From NCBI RefSeq assembly GCF_009914755.1, contig NC_060934.1: a DNA stretch of 64,000 nt, one strand, 5' to 3'. Under the pieces are notes generated by a model. The model was not told the origin of the DNA, made no database searches, and was given only the letters and a program-made list of their open reading frames with translations. Below, piece after piece: positions 60,652 through 64,000 of the stretch. Made by a program: the position numbers and the translations under genes. This stretch comes from the human T2T-CHM13v2.0 reference genome, Homo sapiens. Within the stretch, counting starts at the first letter, position 1. Each line of letters starts with the position of its first letter.

Positions 60652-61009
60652 TGTCTTAGGAAGTTTGGGTTGCTATAATCAAACACCACAGATTGGGTGG
60701 CTTATGCAACAGTAATTTGTTTGTGTCTGGGAAGTCTCAGATCAAGGTGTTGGCAGATTCTGTGATGGAAGAGGACTCTTCCAGGCTTGCAGAGGCTGCC
60801 TTCTCCCTGTATCCTCACATGGTGGGGAGGAAGAGGTCTCTGGTGTCTTCCTCTTCTTCTAAGAGCACTAAGCTCATCATGAAGTCCCACCCTCACGACC
60901 ACATCTAAACCTAAATATCTCCCAAAGTTTTCACCTCCAAATAATACCACATTGGAGATTAGGGTTTCAACATGAATTTGGGAGGTATATGAACATTCAG
61001 TCCATAGTA
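60652..61009 (-). mobile_element. MLT1A0-like MaLR LTR
   Basis: TGTCTTAG...GATCAAGGTGTTGGCAGATTC...TTTCAACATGAATTTGGG...AACATTCAGTCCATAG. Confidence 0.88.
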
Positions 61010-61145
61010 GCCATATCATATCACACAGAGCAAAAGCCAAAGTCATAACCAAAATGTACAAGACTTCAGATTAACTAACCTCTCTGATATCTTCCTCTAT
61101 CAGTCACTGCATTGTGCTTTGTTTTTCAGTTAGTCTATTCCCCAG

Positions 61146-61830
61146 TGAAGTGGCCTCATTGTCTGGGGTGATACCTGAGATTCGTTGTCTCATGGCCATG
61201 GAAAACTAGGATGTGTACACACAAAGAATGAGGTTGAGAGTGGAAGTTTAATAGGCAACAGAAAGAGAATAGCCCTCTCTCTGCTGCAGAGAGAGGGGTC
61301 CTGAATGGGCTTCCGGTCCCGCAGTGAAATGCAGGGGGTTTTACAGTGAGCTTGAGAAGGCGGTATGTGATTTACATAGGGGGCAAAATATTGGTTGGAC
61401 CAGGTATTCCATTTGCATACGGCATGAACAACTGGTAGGACTAGATGGGCCATTTGCATAGGGTGTGAATTTCTGGTGCCCCCTGCCCCTCTCCTCCTGT
61501 TATTTTTTTCTTATGCAGATGGGTTATCTGCCTGGCTGGTGTCACACTGCCCATTCTTTTACTGTGCACATGACAACAGCAAAAGGGAAGATGGAGCCTC
61601 CATGTTAGACATGCCTGGGCCCCAGGTAGCCCTTTTCTATTGGCACAGCTGCCAGCATTCCCCTGTGCAAGCTTCCAGCTTGCTTATCTATGCAGCTTGA
61701 TTTTTCAGGCTGCTCTTTATTAGAAAAGAAATGATTCTGGAGGACTGCTTTTTGGTAGAAGGGAAGCCTTGCCAAGGACTCTTTTACCCTCACTATCTGC
61801 CTAAATAATTTCTTTCTAGCTCCTGTATCA
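61146..61830 (-). mobile_element. LTR9-family solo LTR
   Basis: TG...CA ends, perfect TSD CCAG at 61142-61145 and 61831-61834; two ATTTGCAT octamers. Confidence 0.88.
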
Positions 61831-63269
61831 CCAGCTCTGTCATAAACACCACAGCCACACTCCCACCCCAAGGCCTTTATACTGGTGTTCTTGCTACCTC
61901 TTCCTAGAAAATTCCTCCCTGACATGTCCACAAGGCTCACACTGTCATCTCTCTGATGCTTTAGGACTTTGCTCCAGTAACAGCTTCTCAGTGAGGCTTT
62001 CCCCAATTTACAATTTAAATCTGAAACCTTCCCTTCAACACCCCTTAAACTTTTCTCTACTTTATTTCATAGTTAAATTTCCCAACATTTAATTATATTT
62101 TACTCATGTGTTTCTTCATTTATTTACTTTCTTTTTCACTAAAAAGTAAATGTCACAAGGACAGGACTTTCTGTGTTCTTTGCACCCTTCTCTATTGCTA
62201 GCAGCTAGAAACATGCCTGAAATGCAGTAGACACTCAGGGATGAATGAGGAATGGATGATGTTCTTTAATGTTTGTCATAGGATTTACTTTTATACTCCA
62301 TACTCTATTTTAATAAACCATTTCATGGTTTTTATAAACACCATTATAAAAAAATCATTTAATTTGCACTGAAATACTCCAATTTTTTAATGTGAATGAG
62401 AAAAAAATTACCTCTATTGTCATTTTTAACAAGGAAATAATGGATAAGTAGTTTTATATTATGTACCTAAGCAAAGACATAGAAATGGGACTATATAGGG
62501 TGAATATTTAGAGTACATTCATGGGTTAATAGTGAAATAAGTCTTATTGGATAAACAAAGTATGTTCAGGTTAGTGCCAGAAGCTAAAAAGAGGAGTATA
62601 TGTTGTATTCAGAATTGTGGTAGCTTTGAATATGTGTCAAAATGATAGGACTCATTTTGGAAATATATTTATTAACTTGACTTTCAATGTGTAACAAGAC
62701 CTGACCAAGGTATCATAGTTCATTTATTTGATTTTAGTTCACTAGAAAATATTTATTTATGGTTAGTTTAACAGAAACCTGTTGACAGTCATAATTGTCA
62801 ATGAAAAAATTTTTCATTGACTAAGAGATATAAATAACATTAAGACTTAAATAATGTCCTAAGAGTTTTCCTCAGGGATGACTGGTTGTTTTCAAAATAA
62901 TAACAATAATTATTATACCATTGATTTCTCTTAGTCAATAGTGTAAAACAAATGGTGACCTTTTCTTCATTTAACAGCTCAAAATAATTGGCTGTATATT
63001 AAAAGAATCTGACTGGAAATATGGCTTTCTATTAATCTTATTTATAATATCTGTTTTAGAACTTCAAAGCAATCATTTAAGGGTCAAAACATATTTGAAA
63101 AGCAATGGTAATTTTAAAATCAGGCAAGGACCTGGCATTCCTTTTCTTTATGTGTTTATAAGCTAAAACTAGAGCTTAATCCATCTTTGGTCTTGCATGT
63201 ATCAATGGAATTTATCAGAACAATGAGATATTACAATGTAAGAATGTGATTGATGTAATGACTTTACCT

Positions 63270-64000
63270 TCTATGCTTGTGGAATTACTTTTTGAAATTA
63301 TTTCTAAATGCACAGCTCAACAAACTATCACTAAACAAATATGTTTGAAAACTGCACCCACATCAAGGAATAGAATCTCAGAAGTCCTTCACACCCTTTC
63401 CTTTTTACCTAACATTCCCTATGTAAAGATGACTACCATGTTAATCACTTGATTTTACAGCCTTGCCAAGTGAGCTTGCATGTTAAAACACTATACTCTA
63501 GTTTTGCCTGTTTCAGGCTTCACAGAAATTAAATTATATAGAATGTATTCAATTTAGATTTTTGTCTCAATATTGTATTCATGAAAATTATTCTTGCTGT
63601 TGGAAAATGTGTTCATTTTACAAGTTGTGTAGTATTCTATTATAGAGTGCTTTTAAGCTTCTGCTTACATCATATTTGTTATTATCTTAATGGTCAAAGC
63701 AAGTTGCATGATCAACATAGATTCATGACATGGAAAATGGGCTTCACTTCTTGATGAGAGTTGCTGCAAAGTACTGTGGTCATTTTTGCAAACCACCACA
63801 TTATTGTATGTATATACTGCTAATTTGATAATATTTGCTTAGGATTTTTGAGTATAGGTTTTTATAGGAGGTAGAGATATAGACTTCTATTACTTTATGA
63901 GTTGGGGAATGTTCCTGGTTTTCTGCAAGAAGCACAACTTATTTACTCTTTTACCAATAATAAACATTTGGATTTGTATCAGTCATGATTGGCTGGGTTA
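63270..64000 (-). mobile_element. L1ME/MC fragments with a MaLR fragment near 63660-63800
   Basis: GTTTTGCCTGTTTCAGGCTTCAC...GTGTAGTATTCTATT; TTTGATAATATTTGCTTAGGATTTTTG. Confidence 0.55.

Larger units (their letters stand above)
59780..62260 (+). mobile_element. L2 fragments, interrupted by MLT1A and LTR9
   Basis: CATCTCCAGCAAATCCTGCCAGC; CTTCTCAGTGAGGCTTTCCC; GGACAGGACTTTCTGTG...GTAGACACTCAGGGATGAATGA. Confidence 0.65.

Overview
AT-rich, repeat-dense primate genomic DNA (AluJ/S/Y and L1PA3-4-like elements, so catarrhine or ape; human-like). I recognise no protein-coding gene: the ORFs I can assign are L1 ORF2, Tigger1 transposase, ERV-L pol/dUTPase or Alu artefacts. The window holds 13 Alus, many L1/L2/MIR fragments, ERV1 solo LTRs (two LTR9-like, MER61-like, LTR10-like), MaLR/ERVL remnants and DNA transposons. 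Best observations: (1) two inverted young L1 copies 7.3 kb apart share non-consensus substitutions, have almost the same 5' truncation point and a near-identical 5' half, suggesting gene conversion and a possible invertible segment that contains an enhancer-like motif cluster; (2) a composite twin-primed L1 insertion with a probable 3' transduction; (3) a tailless tRNA-Ile(UAU) retrocopy ending at the tRNA intron boundary, and a 3'-truncated U2 retrocopy; (4) a divergent LTR9/MER61 pair with a p53 site, a mutated LTR poly(A) signal and candidate spliced non-coding exons. Repeat names come from recalled consensus sequences, not a database search. Difference counts were made by hand, and boundaries of old elements are approximate. 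I cannot claim a new biological system.
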